Below, piece after piece: positions 19,965 to 28,855 of a stretch of DNA of 64,000 nt (within the stretch, counting starts at the first letter, position 1; every line of letters begins with the position of its first letter). The DNA lies in the sequence record MW822008.1. One strand, 5' to 3'. The notes under the pieces are model-generated. The model was not told the DNA's origin and ran no database searches. It saw only the letters and a list, made by a program, of their open reading frames with translations. The position numbers and the translations under genes were made by a program.

Positions 19965-20192
19965 ATGTTAAAGGACATCTTTGAATCTAGCAGTGATTCT
20001 TTATACGACCCTGAAGATGATCAGAACGTATATAAAATTACTGATTCCAGAAAACCAAAACTAACATTACAAGTACTTAATAATTTAAGAAAGTACCGTG
20101 AATTTAAAGCTAATGAAGAACAACGACGCAAAAATGTTGTCGCTGTTGTTTATGCAGCAGCACCATCCGGTGATGGTTCAGGATTAATGTAA
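19965..20192 (+). CDS. Small head-operon protein
   Basis: RBS AAGGAG; RKPKLTL..LNNLRK; late motif 19894-19900. Confidence 0.7.
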   Translation: MLKDIFESSSDSLYDPEDDQNVYKITDSRKPKLTLQVLNNLRKYREFKANEEQRRKNVVAVVYAAAPSGDGSGLM

Positions 20193-20292
20193 ACAAAAAT
20201 CGCACTTTTTAAAGCTTTTAAAAATGGCGAAATTTTTCAGTACTAAATAATATCATACTTTATATGAATGTAATATATCTATGGAGGATATA

Positions 20293-21123
20293 ATGGCGAA
20301 TTTAAAACTACTACAAGAAGCAATTGAAGCGTTTGCAAACGGCGAACAAGATGTTGCTGATAAAAAAATGCGTAAGTACTTTGTTGAGCAAGCTCAAGAA
20401 ATCAATAAAGAACTAGAAGAAAGCATGGACGAAGAAGAATGTGAAGTTGAAGTCAAAGACGAAGAAAAACTTGACGAAGACTTTGATGTTCAACCAGACG
20501 CTGGTCTAAATGCTGAAATCGAATACACCCTAGGTGAAGAAGATGAAAGTGCAGAAGAAGAAGTTGAATTCTCTGCTGATGCTGATGGCGAAGAAGTTGA
20601 CGCTGAAGCAGAAGTTGGTGCAGAAGTTCCTTCCGAAGACCAATGGGAATCTATTCAAGATGCTTTCCGTGGCCTACAACAAATGTTTGACGAAATCGGC
20701 GGTGATGAAGTTGACCTAGGTTCTGAAGACGAAGTTGAAGTTGGTGCGGAAGAAGAATTCGGTGCTGATGGTGAAGAATCTGAAGACGAATTTGCTGATG
20801 TACAATTCGGTGATGAGAAAGTTGGTGAGTCTTTCAAACTTAAGCAAGTTGCTGCGGTTGATAAGAAAGAAAAAGCTGGCGTTAATACCAAGTCTCCAGT
20901 TGCTCCAGAAGCTAAATCTCCAGTTCAAGGTGTTGCTCCAGTGAAATTCGCAAAAGCTTCCGAAAAACAAGTAGATTATGATTTTGAAAACGAAGATGCT
21001 ATGTCTCACACTGATGAAGACCTAGGTAAAAATGCTCGTGGCGAAATGAAAGATGTTGCGAAGCCAAAAAATACCGCTTCTAAATCTCGTTCTCCACTAC
21101 CAAAATCACAACCAAAAATCTAA
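20293..21123 (+). CDS. Highly acidic prohead core protein
   Basis: Glu/Asp-rich, between portal and protease; GGAGG RBS. Confidence 0.65.
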   Translation: MANLKLLQEAIEAFANGEQDVADKKMRKYFVEQAQEINKELEESMDEEECEVEVKDEEKLDEDFDVQPDAGLNAEIEYTLGEEDESAEEEVEFSADADGEEVDAEAEVGAEVPSEDQWESIQDAFRGLQQMFDEIGGDEVDLGSEDEVEVGAEEEFGADGEESEDEFADVQFGDEKVGESFKLKQVAAVDKKEKAGVNTKSPVAPEAKSPVQGVAPVKFAKASEKQVDYDFENEDAMSHTDEDLGKNARGEMKDVAKPKNTASKSRSPLPKSQPKI

Positions 21124-21154
21124 CACTAAATAAAGAAAAGGAAAGGAGATCATT

Positions 21155-21775
21155 ATGAGTATGATTCGTGAATGGTCTTCATTCAATGATTCTAAAGTTG
21201 TTTTGGAACATCGTGATAATGGACTTGGTGGGCGTGATTGCTATCTTCGTGGTATTGCTATTCAAGCCGATCAAAGAAATTTAAATGAGAGAATTTACCC
21301 TTTAGCCGAAATTACTAAAGCTGTTAATAATATGGCTCAACGTTTGGCTAAAGGTGAAAGTATTCTAGTTGAATGTGACCACCCTGAAACACTAACAATT
21401 AACCTTGACCGTGTAGCAGCAATGATTACTAAGGTCTGGATGGAAGGTGCTAACGGCATGGCAGAAATCAAACTACTTGATACTGCTCATGGTACTAATA
21501 TTCGTAAAATGCTAGAAGCTGGTGTGAAACTTGGTGTAAGTTCTCGTGGTTCCGGTAACGTGGATTACAATGGAATAGTTTCTGATTTTGAAATTATCAC
21601 AATTGATATTGTTGCTCAACCTAGTGCTCCAGAGGCATACCCTACTGCGGTTTTTGAATCTCTGATGAGTAAGTACGGATCACCTTGTAATAGTCCTAAA
21701 AAAATCACAGAATCTAAAACAGTAAATAATGTAGATTCTGAAATTTACGATTTTTTCAAGAAATTAAAAGGTTAA
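21155..21775 (+). CDS. gp21: Prohead protease, T4 gp21-like
   Basis: NLNERIYP, ECDHP, LGVSSRGSG, DIVAQPSAPEAYP. Confidence 0.93.
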   Translation: MSMIREWSSFNDSKVVLEHRDNGLGGRDCYLRGIAIQADQRNLNERIYPLAEITKAVNNMAQRLAKGESILVECDHPETLTINLDRVAAMITKVWMEGANGMAEIKLLDTAHGTNIRKMLEAGVKLGVSSRGSGNVDYNGIVSDFEIITIDIVAQPSAPEAYPTAVFESLMSKYGSPCNSPKKITESKTVNNVDSEIYDFFKKLKG

Positions 21776-21841
21776 CATTTTAAAAATATAAATATTTGTA
21801 TGTTGAAGTACAGATATTTCAGTACTTAAAGGAGAGAACGA

Positions 21842-22957
21842 ATGTCTAAATTAGAAAAGCTTCTAAAAGAATCATCTCTTTCTGATGAGGCAAAACAGCT
21901 AATTCAGGAAGCATGGAATGAAGAAAAAAACACACTTGCCGCAGAAATGCGTGAAGAAATGAAAGGCCGCTACAAACAAGATTTGTCCGAGCTAACCGAA
22001 GGTCTAAATACTATGGTTACTCAAGTTATCGCTGAAGAAATGGGTGCAGTATATGAAGAGAAAAAACGTCTTGTAGAAGATCGTGTAACTCTCCGTAAAA
22101 CCCTAAGTAATTTCTCTGCGTTTTCTAACTCTGTTTTGGCTGAAGAAGTTAAACAAATGCGTAAAGAACGTAAGCATCTTCAAGAATGCATGGGTAAATT
22201 CGTTAATTTCTCTAACGGTATCCTAGCAGAAGAGCTAAAAGAATTCCACATCGAGAAACGTCAACTAGTTGAAACTCGCGTTAAACTACTAGCTGAAGGC
22301 TCCCGTCAAATTGCTGAAGCACGTAACAACTTCATCAAACGTACCTCTGAAAGTGCTGCTAAATACATTGCAGAAACTACTCAGAAAAACCTATACGCTT
22401 TGAAAGAAGATCTTGTTGAAGCAAAACAAAATATGTTTGGTCGTAAAATCTTTGAAGCGTTTGCTCAAGAGTTTAATGTCAAACAATTTAATGAGAATTC
22501 ACTACTACGTTCCCTAACTGAATCAATTAAGTCTAAAGAAGACGAAATTGCACAAGTTAAACAAGAACTAAATGAAACTGTAAGTGAAGTTAAAGCTGCT
22601 AAAACCAAACTACGTATTATGGAAGATTCACAAGCTCGTAATGCGATTATGTCTGAACTAGTTAAGCCACTAACTACACAACAGAAACAAATTATGGAAT
22701 CCCTTCTAGCTACTTCTCCTACAGAAAAGCTTAAAGACGATTTCAGTAAGTACCATAAGTCAGTACTTAACGGTACTAAAGTAAATGAATCTGCTACCAC
22801 TCGTCAAGCAGTTCAGTCTTCCGCTAAGAGAACTCTTGCAGAAGGTAAAGTAATCACTGGCAACCGTCAGGCTATTGTTGAAAGCGAAGAAATGACCGCT
22901 GACGATATGGCATTCCTAAAAGAACTCGATGTTCTTTCTGGTATCAATAAAAAATAA
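21842..22957 (+). CDS. Prohead scaffolding protein, gp22-like
   Basis: Coiled-coil, Glu-rich, between protease and MCP; TATAAATA 21787-21794. Confidence 0.8.
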   Translation: MSKLEKLLKESSLSDEAKQLIQEAWNEEKNTLAAEMREEMKGRYKQDLSELTEGLNTMVTQVIAEEMGAVYEEKKRLVEDRVTLRKTLSNFSAFSNSVLAEEVKQMRKERKHLQECMGKFVNFSNGILAEELKEFHIEKRQLVETRVKLLAEGSRQIAEARNNFIKRTSESAAKYIAETTQKNLYALKEDLVEAKQNMFGRKIFEAFAQEFNVKQFNENSLLRSLTESIKSKEDEIAQVKQELNETVSEVKAAKTKLRIMEDSQARNAIMSELVKPLTTQQKQIMESLLATSPTEKLKDDFSKYHKSVLNGTKVNESATTRQAVQSSAKRTLAEGKVITGNRQAIVESEEMTADDMAFLKELDVLSGINKK

Positions 22958-23047
22958 ACATTTTAAAGCATTTTAATAATCAAATTTTTCAGTTCTATAA
23001 ATAATATCATACTGAAAAACGAATATAACATCTTTAAGGAGATAATA

Positions 23048-24223
23048 ATGTCACAACTACTAAATGAATCCAAATGGGTAGCAGTTAAAGAGAAACTAGT
23101 TGAAGGTCTACAAGGTACTCGTAAGTCCGTAATGGAAACCGTACTTGATAACCATCGTAAACTAATGCTAAACGAATCTGCTACTTCTGGTGCAACCACC
23201 GCTGGTAACATCGCTACTCTAAACAAAGTGATTCTACCAATTATGCGTCGTGTTATGCCAACCGTAATCGCTAACGAAATCATCGGTGTTCAGCCAATGA
23301 CTGGCCCAGTTGGTCAGATCCACACCCTACGTGTTCAATATGCTGACAACGCTCCTGGTGTTATCGCTGGTGAAGAAATGCTTTCTCCATACAAAATCGC
23401 TAAGTCTTATACTGGTGACCTAAACGCAGACAACAGCAACCCACAAGCTGCTCCTACTAGCCAACTAGAAGGTACTATGGGTCGTCGCGTTAACATCCGT
23501 ATTCTACGTGAAACTGTTGAAGCGAAATCTCGTCGTCTATCTGCACGTTGGACTGTTGAATCTGCACAAGATGCACAATCCCAACATGGTATCGACGTTG
23601 AAGCTGAACTAATGGCTGCAATCGCTCAAGAAGTTACCGTTGAAATCGACCAAGAGCTACTAAGCCGTCTACGTGCACTACCTGGTGCTGCTGCTGTAAC
23701 TTATGACCAATCTAAAGTTACTGGTGTTGCGACCTTCGTTGGTGACGAGCACGCTGCTCTAGCTACCCTAATCAACCGTCAAGCGAACGAAGTTGCTCGT
23801 CGTACCAAACGTGGTGCTGCGAACTGGGCTGTTGTTTCTCCAACCGCTCTAACCATTCTACAGTCTGCAACTACTTCTAGTTTTGCACGTACTACTGAAG
23901 GTACTTTCGAAGCTCCAACTAACGTTAAATTTGTTGGTACTCTAAACAGCACCATGCGTATCTTCGTTGATACCTATGCAAGTGATGTTGAAGATATCCT
24001 AATTGGTTACAAAGGTAACGCTGAAACTGATGCTGGTGTGTTCTATTGCCCATACATCCCACTAATGGCTTCCGGTACTGTAATGGACCCTAACACTGGA
24101 GAACTCGTTACAACTTTCTTAACCAGATACGGGTATGTTCAGTTGACCGATAGCACCAGTTCACTAGGTAACGCTGCTGACTACTACAGTAAAATCGCTA
24201 TCAAAAACGTTACTTTCATGTAA
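23048..24223 (+). CDS. gp23: Major capsid protein, T4 gp23-like
   Basis: IGVQPMTGPVGQI, VEAKSRRLSARWT, EIDQE, FYCPYIPL, TRYG; TATAAATA 22996-23003. Confidence 0.97.
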   Translation: MSQLLNESKWVAVKEKLVEGLQGTRKSVMETVLDNHRKLMLNESATSGATTAGNIATLNKVILPIMRRVMPTVIANEIIGVQPMTGPVGQIHTLRVQYADNAPGVIAGEEMLSPYKIAKSYTGDLNADNSNPQAAPTSQLEGTMGRRVNIRILRETVEAKSRRLSARWTVESAQDAQSQHGIDVEAELMAAIAQEVTVEIDQELLSRLRALPGAAAVTYDQSKVTGVATFVGDEHAALATLINRQANEVARRTKRGAANWAVVSPTALTILQSATTSSFARTTEGTFEAPTNVKFVGTLNSTMRIFVDTYASDVEDILIGYKGNAETDAGVFYCPYIPLMASGTVMDPNTGELVTTFLTRYGYVQLTDSTSSLGNAADYYSKIAIKNVTFM

Positions 24224-24246
24224 TAATAAAGAATTTAAATATACTA

Positions 24247-24275
24247 GGGACTCTTCGGAGTCCCTTTTCTTTTTT
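24247..24275 (+). terminator. Terminator of the capsid operon
   Basis: GGGACTC-TTCG-GAGTCCC-TTTTCTTTTTT. Confidence 0.92.
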
Positions 24276-24287
24276 CAGAAAAAAAGC

Positions 24288-24316
24288 TTGACAAGTAGAT
24301 TTTAATTATATATAAT
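24288..24316 (+). promoter_or_regulatory. Consensus sigma70 promoter
   Basis: TTGACA-N17-TATAAT, perfect. Confidence 0.85.
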
Positions 24317-24351
24317 TACCACATACCAAAAATCACAAAGAGACAAATAAA

Positions 24352-25458
24352 ATGCCAAAAGTAAGTATCGACAAAGAAAAATTCATTGAAGAGATGAACA
24401 ACAAGTATGGAGCATATGGTGAATTTGATTTCAGCACTTTAGTATTCAAAGCCAGTAAGACAACAGTTAAATGTAATAAATGCGGAAAAGAAAATACTAA
24501 ACCTGCACTACGTCACATTTCATGTACATGTTCTTCATGTTATTCAAACATGTCACAGCGTTCGAACAACGAAAAATTTATCAGCACGGTAGAAACTAAA
24601 TTTGGAAAAGATAAATTCAAATTTGATAAACTAAATTACATTAACGCTATAACAAAAGTAACCATACTCTGTACAGACGAAGAACATAACGATTACTTTG
24701 AAATTACACCAAACAAATTTCTTACTGGTAAGGGATGTCCTATATGTAATAAAAATGAAGCATACAGTACTGAAGAATTCGTAGAAAAAGTAAAAGAAAA
24801 TTATGGTGATTCATTAGATTTAACTAACACAGTATATGTAAATCAAAAAACTAAAGTAACTGTGTATTGTAAAGCGGGTAACCATGAATGGACAGTTGAT
24901 CCGAAAACTTTACTTGTTGGTAAAACTGGCTGCGGTACATGTTCTGGTAAAGGTGGAAGAAGCACTGAACGTTTCATTGAACTTGTGTCGCCTATCCATA
25001 ACCATAAGTATGATTATAGTTTGGTTGAATATACTATAAGCGAGAATTATGTTGATATTGTATGTCCAACTCATGGTGTTTTCTCCCAACAACCAAAAGC
25101 ACATATGGCTGGTAAAGGATGCCCATCATGTGGTGAATATGGATATCAGCCATCAAAACCTGGATATTTCTATGTTCAAAAACTAACTAATAAAGATAAG
25201 ACAGTGTACAAGTATGGAATCACTGGTGATATGAAACGCCGTGTAAATGAGCAAAGTCGTCATTCTGGTTTTGAACACACAGTACTGATAGAACGTTACT
25301 TTGAAGATGGAAATCAACCATTACTGTTGGAAAAGTTCATAAAGAAATACATTGAAAGTGGTGTTGTAAGTACTGAAGAGTTGCCATCAGGATTTACTGA
25401 AACTTTTGATGCTAAGTATCTTGAAAGTGTTTTAGAAATTGTAAATACTTTTAAGTAA
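24352..25458 (+). mobile_element. Free-standing homing-endonuclease-like gene: repeated Zn-ribbon modules plus C-terminal GIY-YIG/T5orf172-like domain
   Basis: CNKC, CSSC, GCPIC, GCGTC, GCPSC repeats with KFDYS/TKVTI..C..H units; GYFYV...YKYGIT..MKRR. Confidence 0.7.
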
Positions 25459-25481
25459 ACAACCATAAGGAGTTGACACGG

Positions 25482-25832
25482 ATGTTAACTGTATACATTT
25501 TTAAGAAAGAAGAGTACTTAAAGAGTCAGTACTCAAAAATTGAGATTAACGTTCCATACGGGACTTTAGTTGGTTATGATGAAGCTAGTGAAACTTTGTA
25601 TTATAATGATGATAGACTGGACTATAGTATTGATTCATTTATTGAAGACATACTTAATAGTAACACTGAAGATATGTTGTATGAAGAATACTTAGATAAG
25701 TACAAAGAACGTATGTCAAAGTTACATGCTGATGCTCCAGTACTGAACATTTCAAAAACTCCTTCTGAATTCGAGCCACAAAACCCATTCCAACGCCTAA
25801 TTGATGCTGGGGTAAATTTCCGAATTACTTGA
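25482..25832 (+). CDS. Hypothetical protein
   Basis: ORF with AAGGAG RBS. Confidence 0.6.
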   Translation: MLTVYIFKKEEYLKSQYSKIEINVPYGTLVGYDEASETLYYNDDRLDYSIDSFIEDILNSNTEDMLYEEYLDKYKERMSKLHADAPVLNISKTPSEFEPQNPFQRLIDAGVNFRIT

Positions 25833-25871
25833 TTAATAAATATCTTCATATTACTGATGGAGATATTTTCT

Positions 25872-26180
25872 ATGTCACAGATATGTTATGTTATAGTAAA
25901 TGATGCATGGCCTGATTATGTTAAGATAGGATTTACCAGTAAATCTGAAATGACAGAACGTTTAAGGACATATCAAACTGCTACACCTTTTAGAGATTTT
26001 GTGGTATACCATGAAGTACACTTTGAAGATGCACGTTTAGCAGAGAAAGAAATTCACAAAAGACTAAAACAAATGAACGCAGTAAGGCAACCTAACACCG
26101 AGTGGTTCAAGATGCCTAAGAAGATAGCAGCGAACATCGTTGATTCTGTTCTTGACGATATGGAAAACGACTTGCTATAG
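25872..26180 (+). CDS. T5orf172/MUG113-like (GIY-YIG superfamily) protein
   Basis: CYVI...YVKIGFT...ERL...Q...AEKEIH..L...TEWF. Confidence 0.8.
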   Translation: MSQICYVIVNDAWPDYVKIGFTSKSEMTERLRTYQTATPFRDFVVYHEVHFEDARLAEKEIHKRLKQMNAVRQPNTEWFKMPKKIAANIVDSVLDDMENDLL

Positions 26181-26221
26181 TAATAAATATAGTATATATT
26201 AATCATTAAAGGGATTTATAC

Positions 26222-27847
26222 ATGAGCATAAGTTTTAATAACCCACTGGATACTATGACTAGTACTGGTGCTAATGGATCTTTAGAACTAATAGTGCTTG
26301 GTGGTACACCAACTAATCCAAGACCTATTCGTTTTAATTCATCTTCTGTCATTTTACCAGTACAGGCATTGCCAGCAGGTGAGCAAGGTGCTATGGTATT
26401 TGATAGAAATGAGTTGGTGTTAAAATACCACAACGGGACAAGTTGGATTGCAGTATACGATACTGATACAATTCTTGAACCAATCCGTATTTCACTCGAT
26501 GAAGTGAACCGTAAACTGAATTTAAAAGTTGAAACAGTAACATATAGTAGTAGTGCTGTTCCAAGTGCGAGCATTAGTGGTACGAATTTAAATATCGTAT
26601 TCCCTACTCCATCAAGTAGCGGTAGTGGCCCAACAGGTCTTTACACTTCAATGAAGCCTGGTGCAATTACCCAGTACTCATTGACTTCTGGACAAACTGT
26701 TGCTAGTATTCGTGAACAGATGTCTGGAGTAACTAATGGTCAAAGTGGTCGTAATGGTACACAAGGTTCTCCGTGGAAAACTTCTGATGGTTGGTGTTTT
26801 GCTGATGGAATGTGGTGGCAATGGGTTGGTGAAAATGGTACAATCACTAAACAAGTTCCAAATCTTAACCAAGAAGCATACTTGAAAGGCATTACCACAT
26901 CAGGCGTAACTAAAACTGATAGTGTGATTGCAAGTAGTGCATCAATTAGTGGTACTGCGATATCAATTGCTCAACTTCCACCGCACTCATTTAGTTTCAG
27001 TGGAACTACTGGTGCTGCTGGTCGTCATGGTCATAGCCAAGCACTAAAAGGTATGGACAGAAGTGGTCTTAATGCGTTAACATCCAGTAACGACAACGGA
27101 ATCCCAACTGTAATTAATAACATTAACGAAGCACCTGATCACGTGCATAGTTTCAGTGGTTCTACGAATACTGTTGGTAGTGGTCAAGCACACAGCCACG
27201 GAATTAGCAATATTGACGTACCACACTTTAATGTGGCATACTTATATAACATTGCTGAGTCTAACGTTGCATTGAGTGAAAAAGTTGCAAACACCCGTTA
27301 TGTACTGAAAACTGGTGATACAATGTCTGGTTCATTGACTATTGCTAACAGTGCAACAATTCGTTCGAATGATACTTCATTAGTACTTTACTTCCGTAAC
27401 GCTACTAATGGTGAACGTGCAGCAATTTATCATAATTCATCTAACAATACATTACGTTTGAGAAGTAATGGTGGTTCTGAAGTTACAATTAACTCTTCTG
27501 GTGTACTTTATGCTCCATCAGTAACTGGTGCATCATTGTCTATTTCTGGAAACACAGCAACTGTTGCAAGTAAAAACATCGTCAGATCTATTAACGGTAA
27601 CAACGCTGATGCAAACGGTAACGTAACTTTAACACTGGGTGCTGTACAAGATGTTCGTTTAAGTAAAAGAACATCTACGCGAAGTGTTCCTGATTCTTCT
27701 TGGATCTATGCACCAGAAGGTGCTACGCTTGATGGGTTGTTTATTTCCGTAAATGGGAGTTCTGGTACACACGTTGAAGGTTATAGTTGGAGATATACAC
27801 AAAAATTAGTCAATGGTGTATGGACTAACGTAGTAGTGGAGTCTTAA
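26222..27847 (+). CDS. Tail fibre protein
   Basis: Collar-like segment, H-x-H repeats, KTGDTMSGSL, VRSINGNNADANGNV, VQDVRL...NGVW C-terminus; late motif 26183-26189. Confidence 0.8.
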   Translation: MSISFNNPLDTMTSTGANGSLELIVLGGTPTNPRPIRFNSSSVILPVQALPAGEQGAMVFDRNELVLKYHNGTSWIAVYDTDTILEPIRISLDEVNRKLNLKVETVTYSSSAVPSASISGTNLNIVFPTPSSSGSGPTGLYTSMKPGAITQYSLTSGQTVASIREQMSGVTNGQSGRNGTQGSPWKTSDGWCFADGMWWQWVGENGTITKQVPNLNQEAYLKGITTSGVTKTDSVIASSASISGTAISIAQLPPHSFSFSGTTGAAGRHGHSQALKGMDRSGLNALTSSNDNGIPTVINNINEAPDHVHSFSGSTNTVGSGQAHSHGISNIDVPHFNVAYLYNIAESNVALSEKVANTRYVLKTGDTMSGSLTIANSATIRSNDTSLVLYFRNATNGERAAIYHNSSNNTLRLRSNGGSEVTINSSGVLYAPSVTGASLSISGNTATVASKNIVRSINGNNADANGNVTLTLGAVQDVRLSKRTSTRSVPDSSWIYAPEGATLDGLFISVNGSSGTHVEGYSWRYTQKLVNGVWTNVVVES

Positions 27848-27848
27848 T

Positions 27849-28367
27849 ATGAAAACATATACACATTTCAAAAAATATATCCCAGTAGAAAAGAAACATG
27901 GAGATAATGTTCTTTATCTATTGTCAGATGAGGGTGCTGACTGGTATGATTGTCAAAACGAATTCAGACAAGATACTTTGAAAGTTCAGTACTCTGATGA
28001 TGGTTATATTGCACAAGCATCATATGATGTAACATTGTTAGTACCGTATGGATACAGTGTTTCTGAGTTGGAGCATGATGGTGATGAAGATGAAGTAGTT
28101 GGTAAAATCTATGATGGAAGTAAAATTTCTGATTATGTTGAATCTACTGATGAAAAGATCAAACGTCTATCATCTGAGCACCAAGAATTAAGAACCGTAG
28201 CAATTAATGAGTTGAATAACATTAAGATGGCGATAGATCTTGAGGTAGCAACTGATTATGAAATAGAACTGTTTCCTAAGTTGAAAGCATATGTTCTTGA
28301 GCTATCATCTCTAACAACATCTGAATTTAGTAAGAAGAAGTTTTCGTTCCCTGTTAAACCTGTTTAA
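27849..28367 (+). CDS. Tail fibre assembly chaperone
   Basis: YLLSDEGADWYDCQ, TLKVQY..DG.I, LEVATDYE, FPVKP; directly after fibre. Confidence 0.8.
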   Translation: MKTYTHFKKYIPVEKKHGDNVLYLLSDEGADWYDCQNEFRQDTLKVQYSDDGYIAQASYDVTLLVPYGYSVSELEHDGDEDEVVGKIYDGSKISDYVESTDEKIKRLSSEHQELRTVAINELNNIKMAIDLEVATDYEIELFPKLKAYVLELSSLTTSEFSKKKFSFPVKPV

Positions 28368-28376
28368 AAGTTTTTT

Positions 28377-28405
28377 TGGAACAAAATCGTAAGTAGTGAT
28401 ACAAT
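28377..28405 (+). promoter_or_regulatory. Phage-specific promoter TGGAACA-N16-TACAAT
   Basis: Copy of repeated motif upstream of dsbA-like/polB. Confidence 0.7.
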
Positions 28406-28467
28406 GTAGTCATCTTACAGAGGTTGTGAGATGACATTTTTTTCAAAACACATGGAGAAGCAAACAA

Positions 28468-28773
28468 ATGGCAAAAGCTAAAAAAGAAGTTAAAGTTGAA
28501 ATTCGTGACCTAAATGATGAACAACGTAAACGTCTAGGTGATGCACTAAACAACGCAGTAGTACAACTTACTTTTATTGACGACACCAAAGCATCCTATG
28601 CAGATTTCATTAGTTCCATCTCTGATGAACTAGGTATTGATGCATCCGATATCAAACAAGCCGCTCAACGTATCTACAAAGGCGATTACTTTGATAAACA
28701 AAACAAACTCGATAATATCGAAACTATCCTAAGTGTTACTAACAATTTGCCACAAGCAGATGACGATTACTAA
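28468..28773 (+). CDS. dsDNA-binding protein, T4 DsbA-like
   Basis: MAKAKKE...DELGID...IYKGD pattern recalls T4 DsbA. Confidence 0.6.
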   Translation: MAKAKKEVKVEIRDLNDEQRKRLGDALNNAVVQLTFIDDTKASYADFISSISDELGIDASDIKQAAQRIYKGDYFDKQNKLDNIETILSVTNNLPQADDDY

Positions 28774-28798
28774 TAAGTACTAAAAACTAAACTTTATA

Positions 28799-28827
28799 GC
28801 CTCCAATGAATGGGGGCTTTATTTTTA
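28799..28827 (+). terminator. Terminator
   Basis: AGCCTCCA-ATGAA-TGGGGGCT-TTATTTTT. Confidence 0.7.
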
Positions 28828-28855
28828 ACTTAATAAACGTAAAGGAATACAAACG

